DNA from: Escherichia coli | GTDB lineage: Bacteria > Pseudomonadota > Gammaproteobacteria > Enterobacterales > Enterobacteriaceae | Reading direction: 5' to 3' (one strand) | NCBI RefSeq assembly: GCF_030013205.1 | Contig: NZ_CP122648.1 | DNA: 64,000 nt | In this document: positions 13,055-24,634 of the stretch, piece after piece | How positions within the stretch are numbered: position 1 is the first letter of the stretch | Layout: each line of letters begins with the position of its first letter | Made by a program: the position numbers and the translations under genes | Notes under the pieces: generated by a model | What the model was told of the DNA's origin: nothing | The model's database searches: none | What the model saw: only the letters and a program-made list of their open reading frames with translations

Positions 13055-14509
13055 ATGTATATCGGGATAGATCTTGGCACCTCGGGCGTAAAAGTTATTT
13101 TGCTCAACGAGCAGGGCGAGGTGGTTGCTTCGCAAACGGAAAAGCTGACCGTTTCGCGCCCGCATCCACTCTGGTCGGAACAAGACCCGGAACAGTGGTG
13201 GCAGGCAACTGATCGCGCAATGAAAGCCCTGGGCGATCAGCATTCTCTGCAGGACGTTAAAGCATTGGGTATTGCCGGCCAGATGCACGGTGCAACCTTA
13301 CTGGATGCCCAGCAACGGTTATTACGCCCTGCCATTTTGTGGAACGACGGGCGCTGTGCGCAAGAGTGCGCTTTGCTGGAAGCGCGAGTTCCGCAATCGC
13401 GGGTGATTACCGGTAACCTGATGATGCCCGGATTTACTGCGCCTAAATTGCTATGGGTTCAGCGGCATGAGCCGGAGATATTCCGTCAAATCGACAAAGT
13501 ATTGTTACCGAAAGATTACTTGCGTCTGCGTATGACGGGGGAGTTTGCCAGCGATATGTCTGACGCAGCTGGCACCATGTGGCTGGATGTCGCAAAGCGT
13601 GACTGGAGTGACGTCATGCTGCAGGCTTGCCACTTATCTCGTGACCAGATGCCCGCATTATACGAAGGCAGCGAAATTACTGGTGCTTTGTTACCTGAAG
13701 TTGCGAAAGCGTGGGGTATGGCGGCGGTGCCAGTTGTCGCAGGCGGTGGTGATAATGCAGCTGGTGCGGTTGGTGTAGGAATGGTTGATGCTAATCAGGC
13801 AATGTTATCGCTGGGGACGTCGGGGGTCTATTTTGCTGTCAGCGAAGGGTTCTTAAGCAAGCCAGAAAGCGCCGTACACAGCTTTTGCCATGCGCTACCG
13901 CAGCGTTGGCATTTAATGTCTGTGATGCTGAGTGCAGCGTCGTGTCTGGATTGGGCTGCGAAATTAACGGGCCTGAACAATGTCCCAGCTTTAATCGCGG
14001 CTGCTCAACAGGCTGATGAAAGTGCCGAGCCAGTTTGGTTTCTGCCTTATCTTTCCGGCGAGCGTACACCACACAATAATCCCCAGGCGAAGGGGGTTTT
14101 CTTTGGTTTGACTCATCAACATGGCCCCAATGAACTGGCGCGAGCAGTGCTGGAAGGCGTGGGTTATGCGCTGGCAGATGGCATGGATGTCGTGCATGCC
14201 TGCGGCATTAAACCGCAAAGTGTTACGTTGATTGGTGGCGGGGCGCGTAGTGAGTACTGGCGTCAGATGCTGGCGGATATCAGCGGTCAGCGGCTCGATT
14301 ACCGTACGGGGGGGGATGTGGGGCCAGCACTGGGCGCAGCAAGGCTGGCGCAGATTGCGGCGAATCCAGAGAAATCGCTCATTGAGTTGTTGCCGCAACT
14401 GCCGTTAGAACAGTCGCATCTACCAGATGCGCAGCGTTATGCCGCTTATCAGCCACGACGTGAAACGTTCCGTCGCCTCTATCAGCAACTTCTGCCATTA
14501 ATGGCGTAA
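13055..14509 (+). CDS. xylB: Xylulokinase
   Basis: 484 aa FGGY kinase starting MYIGIDLGTSGVK. Confidence 0.95.
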   Translation: MYIGIDLGTSGVKVILLNEQGEVVASQTEKLTVSRPHPLWSEQDPEQWWQATDRAMKALGDQHSLQDVKALGIAGQMHGATLLDAQQRLLRPAILWNDGRCAQECALLEARVPQSRVITGNLMMPGFTAPKLLWVQRHEPEIFRQIDKVLLPKDYLRLRMTGEFASDMSDAAGTMWLDVAKRDWSDVMLQACHLSRDQMPALYEGSEITGALLPEVAKAWGMAAVPVVAGGGDNAAGAVGVGMVDANQAMLSLGTSGVYFAVSEGFLSKPESAVHSFCHALPQRWHLMSVMLSAASCLDWAAKLTGLNNVPALIAAAQQADESAEPVWFLPYLSGERTPHNNPQAKGVFFGLTHQHGPNELARAVLEGVGYALADGMDVVHACGIKPQSVTLIGGGARSEYWRQMLADISGQRLDYRTGGDVGPALGAARLAQIAANPEKSLIELLPQLPLEQSHLPDAQRYAAYQPRRETFRRLYQQLLPLMA

Positions 14510-14676
14510 ACGTTATCCCCTGCCTGACCGGGTGGGGGATAATTCACATCTATATATATCAGTAATTAATTAATATTTAGTATGAATTTATTCTGAAATC
14601 ATTTGTTAATGGCATTTTTCAGTTTTGTCTTTCGTTGGTTACTCGTAATGTATCGCTGGTAGATATGGAGATCGTT

Positions 14677-15018
14677 ATGAAAACCTCAAAGACTGTGGCA
14701 AAAATATTATTTGTTGTCGGGGCGCTGGTTTATCTGCTTGGGCTATGGATCTCATGCCCATTGTTAAGTGGAAAAGGCTATTTTCTTGGCGTGTTAATGA
14801 CGGCAACTTTTGGCAACTATGCATATCTTCGCGCAGAAAAACTCGGGCAACTGGATGATTTTTTTACCCACATCTGCCAGTTAGTTGCGTTAATCACTAT
14901 CGGTCTCTTGTTTATCGGTGTTTTAAACGCACCTATCAATGCTTATGAAATGGTGATCTACCCTATCGCCTTTTTTGTCTGCTTGTTTGGTCAAATGCGT
15001 TTGTTTCGCCCGGCATGA
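14677..15018 (+). CDS. yiaB: Inner membrane protein YiaB
   Basis: ORF-track 14635..15018 trimmed to MKTSKTV (113 aa); paralogous to the next ORF. Confidence 0.8.
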   Translation: MKTSKTVAKILFVVGALVYLLGLWISCPLLSGKGYFLGVLMTATFGNYAYLRAEKLGQLDDFFTHICQLVALITIGLLFIGVLNAPINAYEMVIYPIAFFVCLFGQMRLFRPA

Positions 15019-15063
15019 GCAACATAAAGCTCTTACACATTCAGGAATGAAAGGAATACTGTG

Positions 15064-15501
15064 ATGGACAACAAAATATCAACCTATTCTCCGGCATTCA
15101 GTATTGTGTCATGGATAGCTCTCGTTGGTGGTATCGTTACCTATCTGTTAGGGCTATGGAATGCAGAGATGCAGTTAAATGAAAAAGGATATTATTTTGC
15201 CGTACTGGTATTAGGACTGTTTTCTGCGGCGTCTTATCAAAAGACCGTTCGGGACAAGTATGAAGGCATACCGACCACCTCCATTTATTATATGACCTGC
15301 CTGACTGTCTTTATTATCTCTGTTGCGTTACTGATGGTAGGTCTGTGGAATGCGACGTTATTACTCAGCGAGAAAGGTTTTTATGGACTGGCTTTCTTCT
15401 TAAGCTTGTTTGGTGCAGTAGCGGTGCAGAAGAATATTCGTGATGCCGGAATAAACCCACCAAAAGAAACACAGATTACCCAGGAAGAATACAGCGAATA
15501 A
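15064..15501 (+). CDS. yiaA: Inner membrane protein YiaA
   Basis: ORF-track 15061..15501; internally duplicated YiaAB-type membrane domains. Confidence 0.8.
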   Translation: MDNKISTYSPAFSIVSWIALVGGIVTYLLGLWNAEMQLNEKGYYFAVLVLGLFSAASYQKTVRDKYEGIPTTSIYYMTCLTVFIISVALLMVGLWNATLLLSEKGFYGLAFFLSLFGAVAVQKNIRDAGINPPKETQITQEEYSE

Positions 15502-15508
15502 TTCACAT

Positions 15509-15543
15509 AAGCCCGGTCAGTCCAATGTGACCGGGCTTTTATT
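15509..15543 (+). terminator. Intrinsic terminator between convergent yiaA and wecH
   Basis: Stem agcccggtca/tgaccgggct followed by TTTTATTT. Confidence 0.5.
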
Positions 15544-16538
15544 TAACTCACTAGTCTGTTTCTGTCGATTCGTTGTACCAGCATAGAAAGTAACAAACTC
15601 GCTGCCAACGTCGCGCAAAAGATCCAAATAATATCGAGTATTGGCCAGTTTTTAAGCTCAATCCCCCGGGTGCGCAGTGCATGGATAATCAAGGCGTGGA
15701 ATCCGTATATACCCAACGAATGGCGGGAGATTAAGCCAAGTCCGCGAACAGTACGCGTATCAAGCGTGTTTTTAACCAGAGTCAATAGCGTGGTTGCGCA
15801 GATAAAAACCATCGGCCCACAGTAAAGATACCAGGTATCGGCAAAATTTCCGCGCCACTGCAATTCATATAATGTCCCGCGAGAGATAATAAAAACCCCC
15901 GTCGCAAACAGTGCGGCGCACACCCACGACAGTGCTTTATGCTGTGTGTCCATCATCCCTATAGCGCGGCCCAACATGCCATACAGGATGTAGTAAAAAG
16001 TATCGCCATTGATATATAAGTTAATTGGCAGCCATTCAAAACCGCCGATTTTCTGCGGCACGGTGTTTGGGTTAGCGATAATACCAATTACCACCATTAG
16101 CACCAGCAACATTTTTCCGCCGACGTTCTTCACCTGAATCAGCGGTGAAACCAGATAAATCACCGCAATCGCGAAGAAAAACCATAAGTGGTAAAACACT
16201 GGCTTTTGCAGCAGGTTTTTCAGCGCTAACTCCACATTGATGGAGGTAAACAGCGCAATGTAGAGCAGTGCGATTGCGCTATAAAAAAGCAGACATAAGC
16301 CGATACGCAAGAAATGGCGCGGCTGGGCGCTGCGTTCGCCAAAAAAGAGATAGCCGGAAATCATGAAAAATAGCGGCACGCTGACACGAGAGGCAGAATT
16401 CAGAACATTGGCGATATCCCATGTGACGGGGCTAACACTATGAGCATTGGTCACATACCAGGTAGTGGTGTGAATCATCACCACCATTAAACACGCTATC
16501 CCTCGCAGGTTATCAATCCAGTAAATTTTGGGCTGCAT
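15543..16538 (-). CDS. wecH: O-acetyltransferase WecH (acyltransferase-3 family membrane protein)
   Basis: 331 aa polytopic membrane protein; synteny. Confidence 0.9.
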   Translation of the reverse strand: MQPKIYWIDNLRGIACLMVVMIHTTTWYVTNAHSVSPVTWDIANVLNSASRVSVPLFFMISGYLFFGERSAQPRHFLRIGLCLLFYSAIALLYIALFTSINVELALKNLLQKPVFYHLWFFFAIAVIYLVSPLIQVKNVGGKMLLVLMVVIGIIANPNTVPQKIGGFEWLPINLYINGDTFYYILYGMLGRAIGMMDTQHKALSWVCAALFATGVFIISRGTLYELQWRGNFADTWYLYCGPMVFICATTLLTLVKNTLDTRTVRGLGLISRHSLGIYGFHALIIHALRTRGIELKNWPILDIIWIFCATLAASLLLSMLVQRIDRNRLVS

Positions 16539-16712
16539 CTGTGTCTCTGTATCTGGTTAAAAAAAGTCTGACCGATAAATCATTCGGTTGGCGCACTGGA
16601 ATAATCTGAGTTTTATCACTACAGCTTATAGAGGCTTAAGGAAATTCGTAAGATATCAGCCACTATACCGATATAAATAATAAGACTCACCTGCAAACCA
16701 GACGGTAATTTA

Positions 16713-17021
16713 ATGATGATGAACTCTTTCTTTCCGGCAATGGCACTTATGGTGCTTATGGCGCTAGTGGGTTGTTCTACACCGCCACCCGTGCAGAAAG
16801 CACAACGGGTAAAGGTTGATCCTCTGCGTTCGTTGAATATGGAAGGGCTATGCAAAGATCAGGCGGCAAAACGCTATAATACAGGTGCGCAAAAAATCGA
16901 CGTCACCGCATTTGAACAGTTCCAGGGGAGCTACGAAATGCGCGGTTATACCTTCCGTAAAGAGCAGTTTGTCTGTTCTTTTGACGCAGATGGCCATTTT
17001 TTGCATCTTTCCATGCGTTAA
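16713..17021 (+). CDS. ysaB: Small lipoprotein YsaB
   Basis: About 100 aa with lipobox LVGCST; exact start among three initial Met codons uncertain. Confidence 0.75.
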   Translation: MMMNSFFPAMALMVLMALVGCSTPPPVQKAQRVKVDPLRSLNMEGLCKDQAAKRYNTGAQKIDVTAFEQFQGSYEMRGYTFRKEQFVCSFDADGHFLHLSMR

Positions 17022-17115
17022 GCCCTGCTTTTTCCCGTTTCGTACTGTATATCTTCCATCCAGCGGGTATACTGATCCCTTCCTTTAAATCCACACGTAT
17101 CCAGCACGAAATAAT

Positions 17116-18027
17116 ATGCAAAAGTTTGATACCAGGACCTTCCAGGGCTTGATCCTGACCTTACAGGATTACTGGGCTCGCCAGGGCTGCACCATTGTTC
17201 AACCATTGGACATGGAAGTCGGCGCGGGAACCTCTCACCCAATGACCTGTCTGCGCGCGCTGGGGCCAGAACCGATGGCGGCTGCTTATGTTCAGCCTTC
17301 TCGTCGCCCGACCGATGGTCGCTACGGCGAAAACCCCAACCGTTTACAGCACTACTATCAGTTCCAGGTGGTCATTAAGCCATCTCCGGACAATATTCAG
17401 GAGCTGTACCTTGGTTCTCTGAAAGAGCTGGGCATGGACCCGACCATCCACGACATCCGTTTCGTGGAAGATAACTGGGAAAACCCGACGCTGGGTGCCT
17501 GGGGGCTGGGCTGGGAAGTGTGGCTGAACGGCATGGAAGTGACGCAGTTCACTTACTTCCAGCAGGTTGGTGGTCTGGAGTGTAAACCGGTTACCGGCGA
17601 GATCACCTACGGTCTGGAACGTCTGGCAATGTACATTCAGGGCGTAGACAGCGTTTACGACCTGGTCTGGAGCAACGGTCCGCTGGGTAAAACCACCTAC
17701 GGCGACGTGTTCCATCAGAACGAAGTGGAGCAGTCCACTTACAACTTCGAATACGCGGATGTGGACTTCCTGTTCACCTGCTTTGAGCAGTACGAGAAAG
17801 AAGCGCAGCAGCTGCTGGCGCTGGAAAATCCGCTGCCGCTGCCAGCCTACGAGCGTATTCTGAAAGCCGCCCACAGCTTCAACCTGCTGGATGCGCGTAA
17901 AGCCATCTCCGTCACCGAGCGTCAGCGCTACATTCTGCGAATTCGCACCCTGACCAAAGCAGTGGCAGAAGCATACTACGCTTCCCGTGAAGCCCTCGGC
18001 TTCCCGATGTGCAACAAAGATAAGTAA
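17116..18027 (+). CDS. glyQ: Glycine--tRNA ligase alpha subunit
   Basis: 303 aa; recognised GlyQ. Confidence 0.97.
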   Translation: MQKFDTRTFQGLILTLQDYWARQGCTIVQPLDMEVGAGTSHPMTCLRALGPEPMAAAYVQPSRRPTDGRYGENPNRLQHYYQFQVVIKPSPDNIQELYLGSLKELGMDPTIHDIRFVEDNWENPTLGAWGLGWEVWLNGMEVTQFTYFQQVGGLECKPVTGEITYGLERLAMYIQGVDSVYDLVWSNGPLGKTTYGDVFHQNEVEQSTYNFEYADVDFLFTCFEQYEKEAQQLLALENPLPLPAYERILKAAHSFNLLDARKAISVTERQRYILRIRTLTKAVAEAYYASREALGFPMCNKDK

Positions 18028-18036
18028 GAGGCGGCT

Positions 18037-20106
18037 ATGTCTGAGAAAACTTTTCTGGTGGAAATCGGCACTGAAGAGCTGCCACCAAAAGCACTGCGCA
18101 GCCTGGCTGAGTCCTTTGCTGCGAACTTTACTGCGGAGCTGGATAACGCTGGCCTCGCACACGGCACCGTACAATGGTTTGCTGCTCCGCGTCGTCTGGC
18201 GCTGAAAGTAGCTAACCTGGCGGAAGCGCAACCGGATCGTGAAATCGAAAAACGCGGCCCGGCGATTGCTCAGGCGTTCGACGCTGAAGGCAAACCGAGC
18301 AAAGCGGCAGAAGGCTGGGCGCGTGGTTGCGGTATTACCGTAGACCAGGCTGAGCGTCTGACTACCGATAAAGGTGAATGGCTGCTGTATCGCGCCCACG
18401 TGAAGGGCGAAAGCACTGAAGCACTGTTGCCGAATATGGTTGCGACTTCGCTGGCGAAACTGCCGATCCCGAAACTGATGCGTTGGGGTGCAAGCGACGT
18501 GCACTTCGTGCGTCCGGTGCACACCGTGACCCTGCTGCTGGGCGACAAAGTTATTCCGGCTACCATTCTGGGCATTCAGTCCGATCGCGTGATTCGCGGC
18601 CACCGCTTTATGGGCGAGCCGGAATTCACTATCGACAATGCCGATCAGTATCCGGAAATTCTGCGTGAGCGCGGGAAAGTCATCGCCGATTACGAAGAAC
18701 GTAAGGCGAAGATTAAAGCCGATGCCGAAGAAGCGGCGCGTAAGATTGGCGGTAACGCTGACTTAAGCGAAAGTCTGCTGGAAGAAGTGGCTTCGCTGGT
18801 GGAATGGCCGGTTGTGCTGACCGCAAAATTCGAAGAGAAATTCCTCGCGGTGCCGTCTGAAGCGCTGGTTTACACCATGAAAGGTGACCAGAAATACTTC
18901 CCGGTGTACGCGAACGACGGCAAACTGCTGCCGAACTTTATCTTCGTTGCCAACATCGAATCGAAAGATCCGCAGCAAATTATCTCTGGTAACGAGAAAG
19001 TCGTTCGTCCACGTTTGGCGGATGCCGAGTTCTTCTTCAACACTGACCGTAAAAAACGTCTGGAAGATAACCTGCCGCGCCTGCAAACCGTGTTGTTTCA
19101 GCAACAGCTGGGTACACTGCGCGACAAAACTGACCGCATCCAGGCGCTGGCTGGCTGGATTGCTGAACAGATTGGCGCTGACGTTAACCACGCAACCCGT
19201 GCGGGCCTGCTGTCCAAGTGCGACCTGATGACCAACATGGTCTTCGAGTTCACCGACACCCAGGGCGTTATGGGGATGCACTACGCGCGTCACGATGGCG
19301 AAGCGGAAGATGTTGCAGTGGCGCTGAACGAGCAGTATCAGCCGCGCTTTGCCGGTGATGACCTGCCGTCTAACCCGGTAGCCTGTGCGCTGGCGATTGC
19401 TGACAAGATGGATACTCTGGCGGGTATCTTCGGTATCGGCCAGCATCCGAAAGGCGACAAAGACCCGTTTGCGCTGCGTCGTGCCGCACTTGGCGTGCTG
19501 CGTATTATCGTTGAGAAGAACCTCAATCTTGACCTGCAAACCCTGACCGAAGAAGCGGTGCGTTTGTATGGCGATAAGCTGACAAATGCCAACGTGGTTG
19601 ATGATGTTATCGACTTTATGCTCGGTCGCTTCCGCGCCTGGTATCAGGACGAAGGTTACACCGTTGACACCATCCAGGCGGTACTGGCACGTCGTCCGAC
19701 GCGTCCGGCTGATTTCGATGCCCGAATGAAAGCGGTATCGCACTTCCGTACCCTGGATGCAGCTGCAGCACTGGCGGCGGCGAACAAGCGTGTATCTAAC
19801 ATTCTGGCGAAATCTGACGAAGTGCTGAGCGACCGCGTGAATGCCTCTACTCTGAAAGAGCCGGAAGAAATTAAACTGGCGATGCAGGTTGTGGTGCTAC
19901 GTGACAAGCTAGAGCCGTACTTTGCTGAAGGTCGTTACCAGGATGCGCTGGTCGAACTGGCTGAATTGCGTGAACCGGTTGATGCCTTCTTCGATAAAGT
20001 GATGGTCATGGTTGATGACAAAGAATTGCGAATCAACCGTCTTACCATGCTGGAGAAACTGCGCGAATTATTCCTGCGCGTTGCGGATATTTCGCTGTTA
20101 CAGTAA
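18037..20106 (+). CDS. glyS: Glycine--tRNA ligase beta subunit
   Basis: 689 aa; recognised GlyS; 9-bp spacing from glyQ. Confidence 0.97.
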   Translation: MSEKTFLVEIGTEELPPKALRSLAESFAANFTAELDNAGLAHGTVQWFAAPRRLALKVANLAEAQPDREIEKRGPAIAQAFDAEGKPSKAAEGWARGCGITVDQAERLTTDKGEWLLYRAHVKGESTEALLPNMVATSLAKLPIPKLMRWGASDVHFVRPVHTVTLLLGDKVIPATILGIQSDRVIRGHRFMGEPEFTIDNADQYPEILRERGKVIADYEERKAKIKADAEEAARKIGGNADLSESLLEEVASLVEWPVVLTAKFEEKFLAVPSEALVYTMKGDQKYFPVYANDGKLLPNFIFVANIESKDPQQIISGNEKVVRPRLADAEFFFNTDRKKRLEDNLPRLQTVLFQQQLGTLRDKTDRIQALAGWIAEQIGADVNHATRAGLLSKCDLMTNMVFEFTDTQGVMGMHYARHDGEAEDVAVALNEQYQPRFAGDDLPSNPVACALAIADKMDTLAGIFGIGQHPKGDKDPFALRRAALGVLRIIVEKNLNLDLQTLTEEAVRLYGDKLTNANVVDDVIDFMLGRFRAWYQDEGYTVDTIQAVLARRPTRPADFDARMKAVSHFRTLDAAAALAAANKRVSNILAKSDEVLSDRVNASTLKEPEEIKLAMQVVVLRDKLEPYFAEGRYQDALVELAELREPVDAFFDKVMVMVDDKELRINRLTMLEKLRELFLRVADISLLQ

Positions 20107-20120
20107 TAACGCCGTTATTA

Positions 20121-20150
20121 AAAAGCCTGCCATCTGGCAGGCTTTTTTAT
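20121..20150 (+). terminator. Intrinsic terminator of glyQS
   Basis: Stem gcctgcca/tggcaggc followed by TTTTTT. Confidence 0.6.
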
Positions 20151-20427
20151 CGCTAAATAATACAGCAACCTTTAATAATCTTCTGATGAATAAAGATTAT
20201 CTCATATATTAATTTTATGAGATTTTTTTAGGATTATATCAAGGAGAAGAAACGAACTTATTAAGCTAGAATAGCCACGGGTGCTTGAGACTGTTTGTCT
20301 CAGGTATTCACCGAAAGGCAGACAGAGAAAAGCCCCACCTAACTATAAATCAAAGTGAGGCTACCCTATGCCTGAACACCATAAGGTTAGCCTCTTACTC
20401 GTTGGAAATCAACACAGGAGGCTGGGA

Positions 20428-20580
20428 ATGCCGCAGAAATATAGATTACTTTCTTTAATAGTGATTTGTTGCACGCTTTTATTTTTCACCTGGATGATAA
20501 GAGATTCACTGTGTGAATTGCATATTAAACAGGGGAGTTATGAGCTGGCGGCATTTTTAGCCTGCAATTTGAAAGAGTAA
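20428..20580 (+). CDS. hokA: Hok-family type I toxin
   Basis: 50-aa ORF MPQKYRLLSLIVICCTLLFFTWMIRDSLCELHIKQGSYELAAFLACNLKE with an in-frame upstream extension in the ORF-track entry 20368..20580. Confidence 0.8.
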   Translation: MPQKYRLLSLIVICCTLLFFTWMIRDSLCELHIKQGSYELAAFLACNLKE

Positions 20581-20712
20581 GAGTCTTCGGCGGGAAGTTA
20601 TTCCCGCCTTTCTTACGGCGTTGCGCATTCTCATTGCACCCAAATTTATTTTTCACAAAAATAATAATAGATTTTATTACGCGATCGATTATTTATTTCC
20701 TGAAAAACAAAT

Positions 20713-20740
20713 AAAAAAATCCCCGCCAAATGGCAGGGAT
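20713..20740 (-). terminator. Intrinsic terminator of cspA
   Basis: On minus strand: stem ccctgcca/ggcgggg followed by TTTTTTT. Confidence 0.55.
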
Positions 20741-20767
20741 CTTAGATTCTGTGCTTTTAAGCAGAGA

Positions 20768-20980
20768 TTACAGGCTGGTTACGTTACCAGCTGCCGGGCC
20801 TTTAGCGCCGCTTTCGATGGTGAAGGACACTTTCTGACCTTCGTCCAGAGATTTGTAACCATCGTTCTGGATAGCAGAGAAGTGTACGAACACGTCTTTA
20901 GAGCCATCGTCAGGAGTGATGAAGCCGAAGCCTTTGTCAGCGTTGAACCATTTTACGATACCAGTCATTTTACCGGACAT
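20768..20980 (-). CDS. cspA: Major cold shock protein CspA
   Basis: 70 aa, [21 protein letters not shown]... exact recognised sequence. Confidence 0.97.
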
Positions 20981-21200
20981 AGTGTATTACCTTTAATAAT
21001 TAAGTGTGCCTTTCGGCGATATGGCGTGCTTTACAGATTTTGAAGCGTTAAAGGAATGTGCACTACGAGGGGTATCAACGATAACTCTTGAAGGGACTTG
21101 CCTTACTACACTGCTTTAATGGTCTGTACGTCAAACCGTTGACGTGCATTAAGCCACGCATTGGCGGGTGATGCAACAATTATTTTTCATATTTATGATT
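20981..21200 (-). promoter_or_regulatory. cspA long 5' UTR (about 160 nt, cold-box) and promoter with AT-rich UP element
   Basis: Minus-strand sequence ACGGTTTGACGTACAGACCATTAAAGCAGTGTAGTAAGGCAAGTCC matches the known cspA leader start; upstream AT-rich tract. Confidence 0.7.
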
Positions 21201-21260
21201 AATCGGTTGGAAAACGGTCCTGTCATCAGGACCGTAAACAGCAATAAAGTGGATAAAAGT

Positions 21261-21551
21261 CTATTCCATCAACTGCTTACTTAATGCCGGGTTGGCTTGA
21301 ATCAAACGCATCAATTTTAGTTCGGCACTTGAAGGCTTCACGCGTCTGGATTCCCATTCCTTTACCATGGCGACTGATACGCCCAAAACCCGGGCGAAAT
21401 CATCGATTTTTAATCCTGTCCCTTTTCGTAACTGCTCAATTTCGGTACAGGATGTTGTTCTGTGCGTCAGGGTAATTTTCTGCGTTTCATCTTTAAAAAC
21501 AATCTGTTCCAGGCTGCTCAACAGCTCATGCATTGGATCTTTATATTCCAT
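21261..21551 (-). CDS. yiaG: HTH-type (XRE-like) transcriptional regulator YiaG
   Basis: 96 aa; HTH motif TGLKIDDFARVLGVSVAMVKEWE. Confidence 0.9.
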   Translation of the reverse strand: MEYKDPMHELLSSLEQIVFKDETQKITLTHRTTSCTEIEQLRKGTGLKIDDFARVLGVSVAMVKEWESRRVKPSSAELKLMRLIQANPALSKQLME

Positions 21552-21984
21552 TGAAAACTCCTCAAATCACACTGCGGGATCGTGAATTGCATCGAAGCTC
21601 ATTAAGAATAGTCGGGAAAAACAGACACAGCGGGGTGTAGTCAGGGCATGCTCTGGCTATGATTCGATTCAGCCAGTCATTTAGCGTGACTTATAGCCAC
21701 CTAACGATCTGATAAATGCCGATATATCTCTTACCACTCCCGGTTTGTAAAGATTTCGAAAATCTAACGTTCTGAGAAGGCGTAAATCTCTGGCAACAAA
21801 AAAAGCAACGGCACTATCATTTTTTAACAATGAAACAACAAATTAACCTTGTTTCATTTTCTCCATGATTTTACCAGGAAGATTACGTAGAAAGGGTATC
21901 CTGCAAGCCTGTCCTGGACTATCCTTGTCACGTCAGACACGCGTGTGTCGTTGTGCGCTTTTTTTGGGTGAAAGGAGTAAGAAA

Positions 21985-22695
21985 ATGGCGACAGGAAAGT
22001 CCTGCTCTCGCTGGTTTGCGCCTCTTGCGGCGTTATTAATGGTAGTTAGCCTGAGTGGGTGTTTTGATAAAGAAGGCGATCAGCGTAAAGCGTTTATCGA
22101 CTTCCTGCAGAATACAGTGATGCGTAGCGGTGAACGTCTACCAACCCTGACTGCCGATCAGAAAAAACAGTTTGGTCCTTTTGTCTCTGATTACGCGATT
22201 CTGTATGGTTATTCTCAGCAGGTGAATCAGGCGATGGATTCCGGTCTGCGCCCGGTCGTAGACAGCGTTAACGCAATTCGCGTACCGCAGGATTACGTTA
22301 CGCAAAGCGGCCCACTGCGTGAAATGAACGGTTCTCTGGGCGTACTGGCGCAACAGCTGCAAAATGCGAAGTTGCAGGCCGATGCTGCGCACTCTGCGCT
22401 AAAACAGAGCGATGACCTGAAACCGGTCTTCGATCAGGCATTCACCAAAGTGGTAACGACGCCAGCTGATGCATTGCAACCGTTGATTCCGGCGGCACAA
22501 ACTTTCACGCAACAACTGGTGATGGTTGGAGACTACATTGCTCAGCAAGGTACTCAGGTGAGCTTTGTCGCAAATGGCATCCAGTTCCCGACTTCGCAGC
22601 AGGCAAGTGAATATAACAAACTGATTGCGCCATTACCGGCACAGCATCAGGCGTTTAATCAGGCCTGGACTACAGCAGTTACTGCAACCCAATAA
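21985..22695 (+). CDS. yiaF: Lipoprotein YiaF
   Basis: ORF-track 21865..22695 trimmed to MATGKSCSRW with lipobox LSGC (236 aa). Confidence 0.85.
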   Translation: MATGKSCSRWFAPLAALLMVVSLSGCFDKEGDQRKAFIDFLQNTVMRSGERLPTLTADQKKQFGPFVSDYAILYGYSQQVNQAMDSGLRPVVDSVNAIRVPQDYVTQSGPLREMNGSLGVLAQQLQNAKLQADAAHSALKQSDDLKPVFDQAFTKVVTTPADALQPLIPAAQTFTQQLVMVGDYIAQQGTQVSFVANGIQFPTSQQASEYNKLIAPLPAQHQAFNQAWTTAVTATQ

Positions 22696-22744
22696 AGAGT
22701 AAAAGCCCGAGCGATTATCGGGCTTTACTCCACGCAGTCGCGGC

Positions 22745-23719
22745 TTAGTCCGCGACGTGCGGATTCACACAGTTCTTCTCAACCTTTCCTTGTAACGCAT
22801 CAATCAAATTATCCACGGCACAGGCGGCCATGCCATAACGCGTCTCATGGGTGGCAGATCCAATATGCGGTACTGCGACGACGTTGGCCATTGAGAGCAA
22901 CGGCGAATCTACGGAAAGTGGCTCTTGTTCGAAGACATCCAGCCCGGCGGCGTGAATTTCCCCTTTCTGCAATGCAGCAATCAGTGCATTTTCATCAACC
23001 ACCGGGCCACGTCCGGCATTAATGAATATGGCGGAGGATTTCATTTTGGCGAATTGTTCTGCGCCAAACAGATGATGCGTTTCATCAGTTAACGGCAGGA
23101 TCAGGCAAACGAAATCTGACTCTTGTAACAGTGTATCCAAATCGCAGTAGCGGGCGTTGAAGCGTTCTTCTGCTTCTTTATGGTGGCGGCGCGCGTTATA
23201 GAGGATGGGCATGTTGAAACCAAAGTGCGCACGTTGTGCCAGCGCCATACCGATCCGTCCCATCCCGACAATGCCCAGTGTTTTATGGTGAACGTCAGTG
23301 CCGTACCAGTCCGGGCCTATGCTCGCGGTCCATTCGCCTGCTTTTACCCGTTCTGCTACCTCCACAACCCGACGAGCGGTAGACAACACCAGCGCCATCA
23401 GCGTATCGGCGACGGTTTCTGTTAATACGGTTGGCGTGTGCATCAGCAGAATTTTTCGGGCGGTAAGCGCATCGACATCAAAATTGTCATAGCCGACGGA
23501 GATCGTTGATGTGGCACGCAGTTTCGGCATTTTTTCCAGCAATGCGGCATCAACATTCTCGTTTGAACCCAGTAAACCTTCAGCTTCGGCAAAAATTGCT
23601 GCATTTTGTTCGATGGTTTGTGGGCTGAGGTTTGCCACCTGGTGAACGGTGAAATGCTCTTGCAGGCGTTGCAGTAAATCATCAGGTAAGGCTTTGTAGA
23701 GGATAACGGACGGCTTCAT
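22745..23719 (-). CDS. ghrB: Glyoxylate/hydroxypyruvate reductase B (2-ketoaldonate reductase)
   Basis: ORF-track 22745..23731 trimmed to [10 protein letters not shown] (324 aa); D-2-hydroxyacid dehydrogenase NAD motif GIVGMGRIG. Confidence 0.93.
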   Translation of the reverse strand: MKPSVILYKALPDDLLQRLQEHFTVHQVANLSPQTIEQNAAIFAEAEGLLGSNENVDAALLEKMPKLRATSTISVGYDNFDVDALTARKILLMHTPTVLTETVADTLMALVLSTARRVVEVAERVKAGEWTASIGPDWYGTDVHHKTLGIVGMGRIGMALAQRAHFGFNMPILYNARRHHKEAEERFNARYCDLDTLLQESDFVCLILPLTDETHHLFGAEQFAKMKSSAIFINAGRGPVVDENALIAALQKGEIHAAGLDVFEQEPLSVDSPLLSMANVVAVPHIGSATHETRYGMAACAVDNLIDALQGKVEKNCVNPHVAD

Positions 23720-23822
23720 GCTTCTCTCCATTCACTGATAAGGCGATCACCTTAGCCTGAAATATGATGAAGGAAAACTGAAGAATGCCAGGTGATTTCT
23801 GCATCACCTGGCATGAAAGGGA

Positions 23823-24482
23823 TTACAGCGGGCTTAAGGTAATTTCTACACGGCGGTTTTGCGCCTTACCTTCTGCGGTGCTGTTGCTGGTGATTGGGTT
23901 AGCCGGGCCAAGGCCCTGAGTACGGATGCGGCTGGCGTCCACGCCCTGGGTGATCAACGCGCTGGCAACGGAATCCGCACGCTGCTGGGAGAGACGCATG
24001 TTCAGGTCGTGACCACCCGTGCTGTCGGTATAACCAATCACGTTAACCGCCGTTTTCGGATACTCTTTCAGCACCATTGCCACGCCGGTCAGGGTGTTAG
24101 CGCCCGCCGGTTTCAGGGTCGCGCTGCTGCTGTCGAAGGTCACATTGTTCGGCATATTGAGGATAATGTTATCCCCGCTGCGGGTTACGCTAACACCAGT
24201 GCCGCGCATTTTGTCACGTAGCTTCGCTTCCTGCACATCCATGTAATAACCCACGCCGCCGCCCAGAGCTGCGCCTGCTGCTGCGCCAATGAGCGCGCCT
24301 TTACCGCGATCTTTCTTCGAAGAAGAGAGCGCACCAATACCCGCGCCCACGAGAGAGCCCAGACCTGCGCCAATAGCAGATTTACCTGCTTCGCGTTCGC
24401 CGGTGTAAGGGTTAGTTGTGCAGCCAGATACCGCCAGAGCGCCACTCACTACTGCGGCAATAAGATAAACACGTTTCTTCAT
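23823..24482 (-). CDS. yiaD: OmpA-domain outer-membrane lipoprotein YiaD
   Basis: 219 aa; lipobox VSGC, glycine-zipper region and C-terminal OmpA-like domain. Confidence 0.9.
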   Translation of the reverse strand: MKKRVYLIAAVVSGALAVSGCTTNPYTGEREAGKSAIGAGLGSLVGAGIGALSSSKKDRGKGALIGAAAGAALGGGVGYYMDVQEAKLRDKMRGTGVSVTRSGDNIILNMPNNVTFDSSSATLKPAGANTLTGVAMVLKEYPKTAVNVIGYTDSTGGHDLNMRLSQQRADSVASALITQGVDASRIRTQGLGPANPITSNSTAEGKAQNRRVEITLSPL

Positions 24483-24634
24483 TGTTAATCCTTAATAACC
24501 TTTTTATTCTTTGCCACGGGTTCCGTGGCGGGAGATTATGCCGCGTGAACATGAAGATTATTCCTGGGAATACTCGGAAATTTGTAAGTAATATTTAACT
24601 GCTCAATACATCTAACCTTTCAGGAGTCTTCGGT

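Noticed and set aside
14513-14545. Hairpin tatcccc...gggggata after xylB considered as an intrinsic terminator
   Set aside because: Stem is present but there is no downstream T-run, so I could not support it as a rho-independent terminator.
17344-19743. Long minus-strand ORFs (419 aa at 17344..18603 and 326 aa at 18763..19743) antisense to glyQ/glyS
   Set aside because: They lie entirely within well-established coding sequence on the other strand, have no recognisable domains and an Arg/Gln/His-rich, low-complexity composition typical of antisense frames of GC-rich genes.
20621-21043. 140-aa plus-strand ORF overlapping cspA and its leader
   Set aside because: Antisense to cspA and its well-characterised 5' UTR; no independent support.
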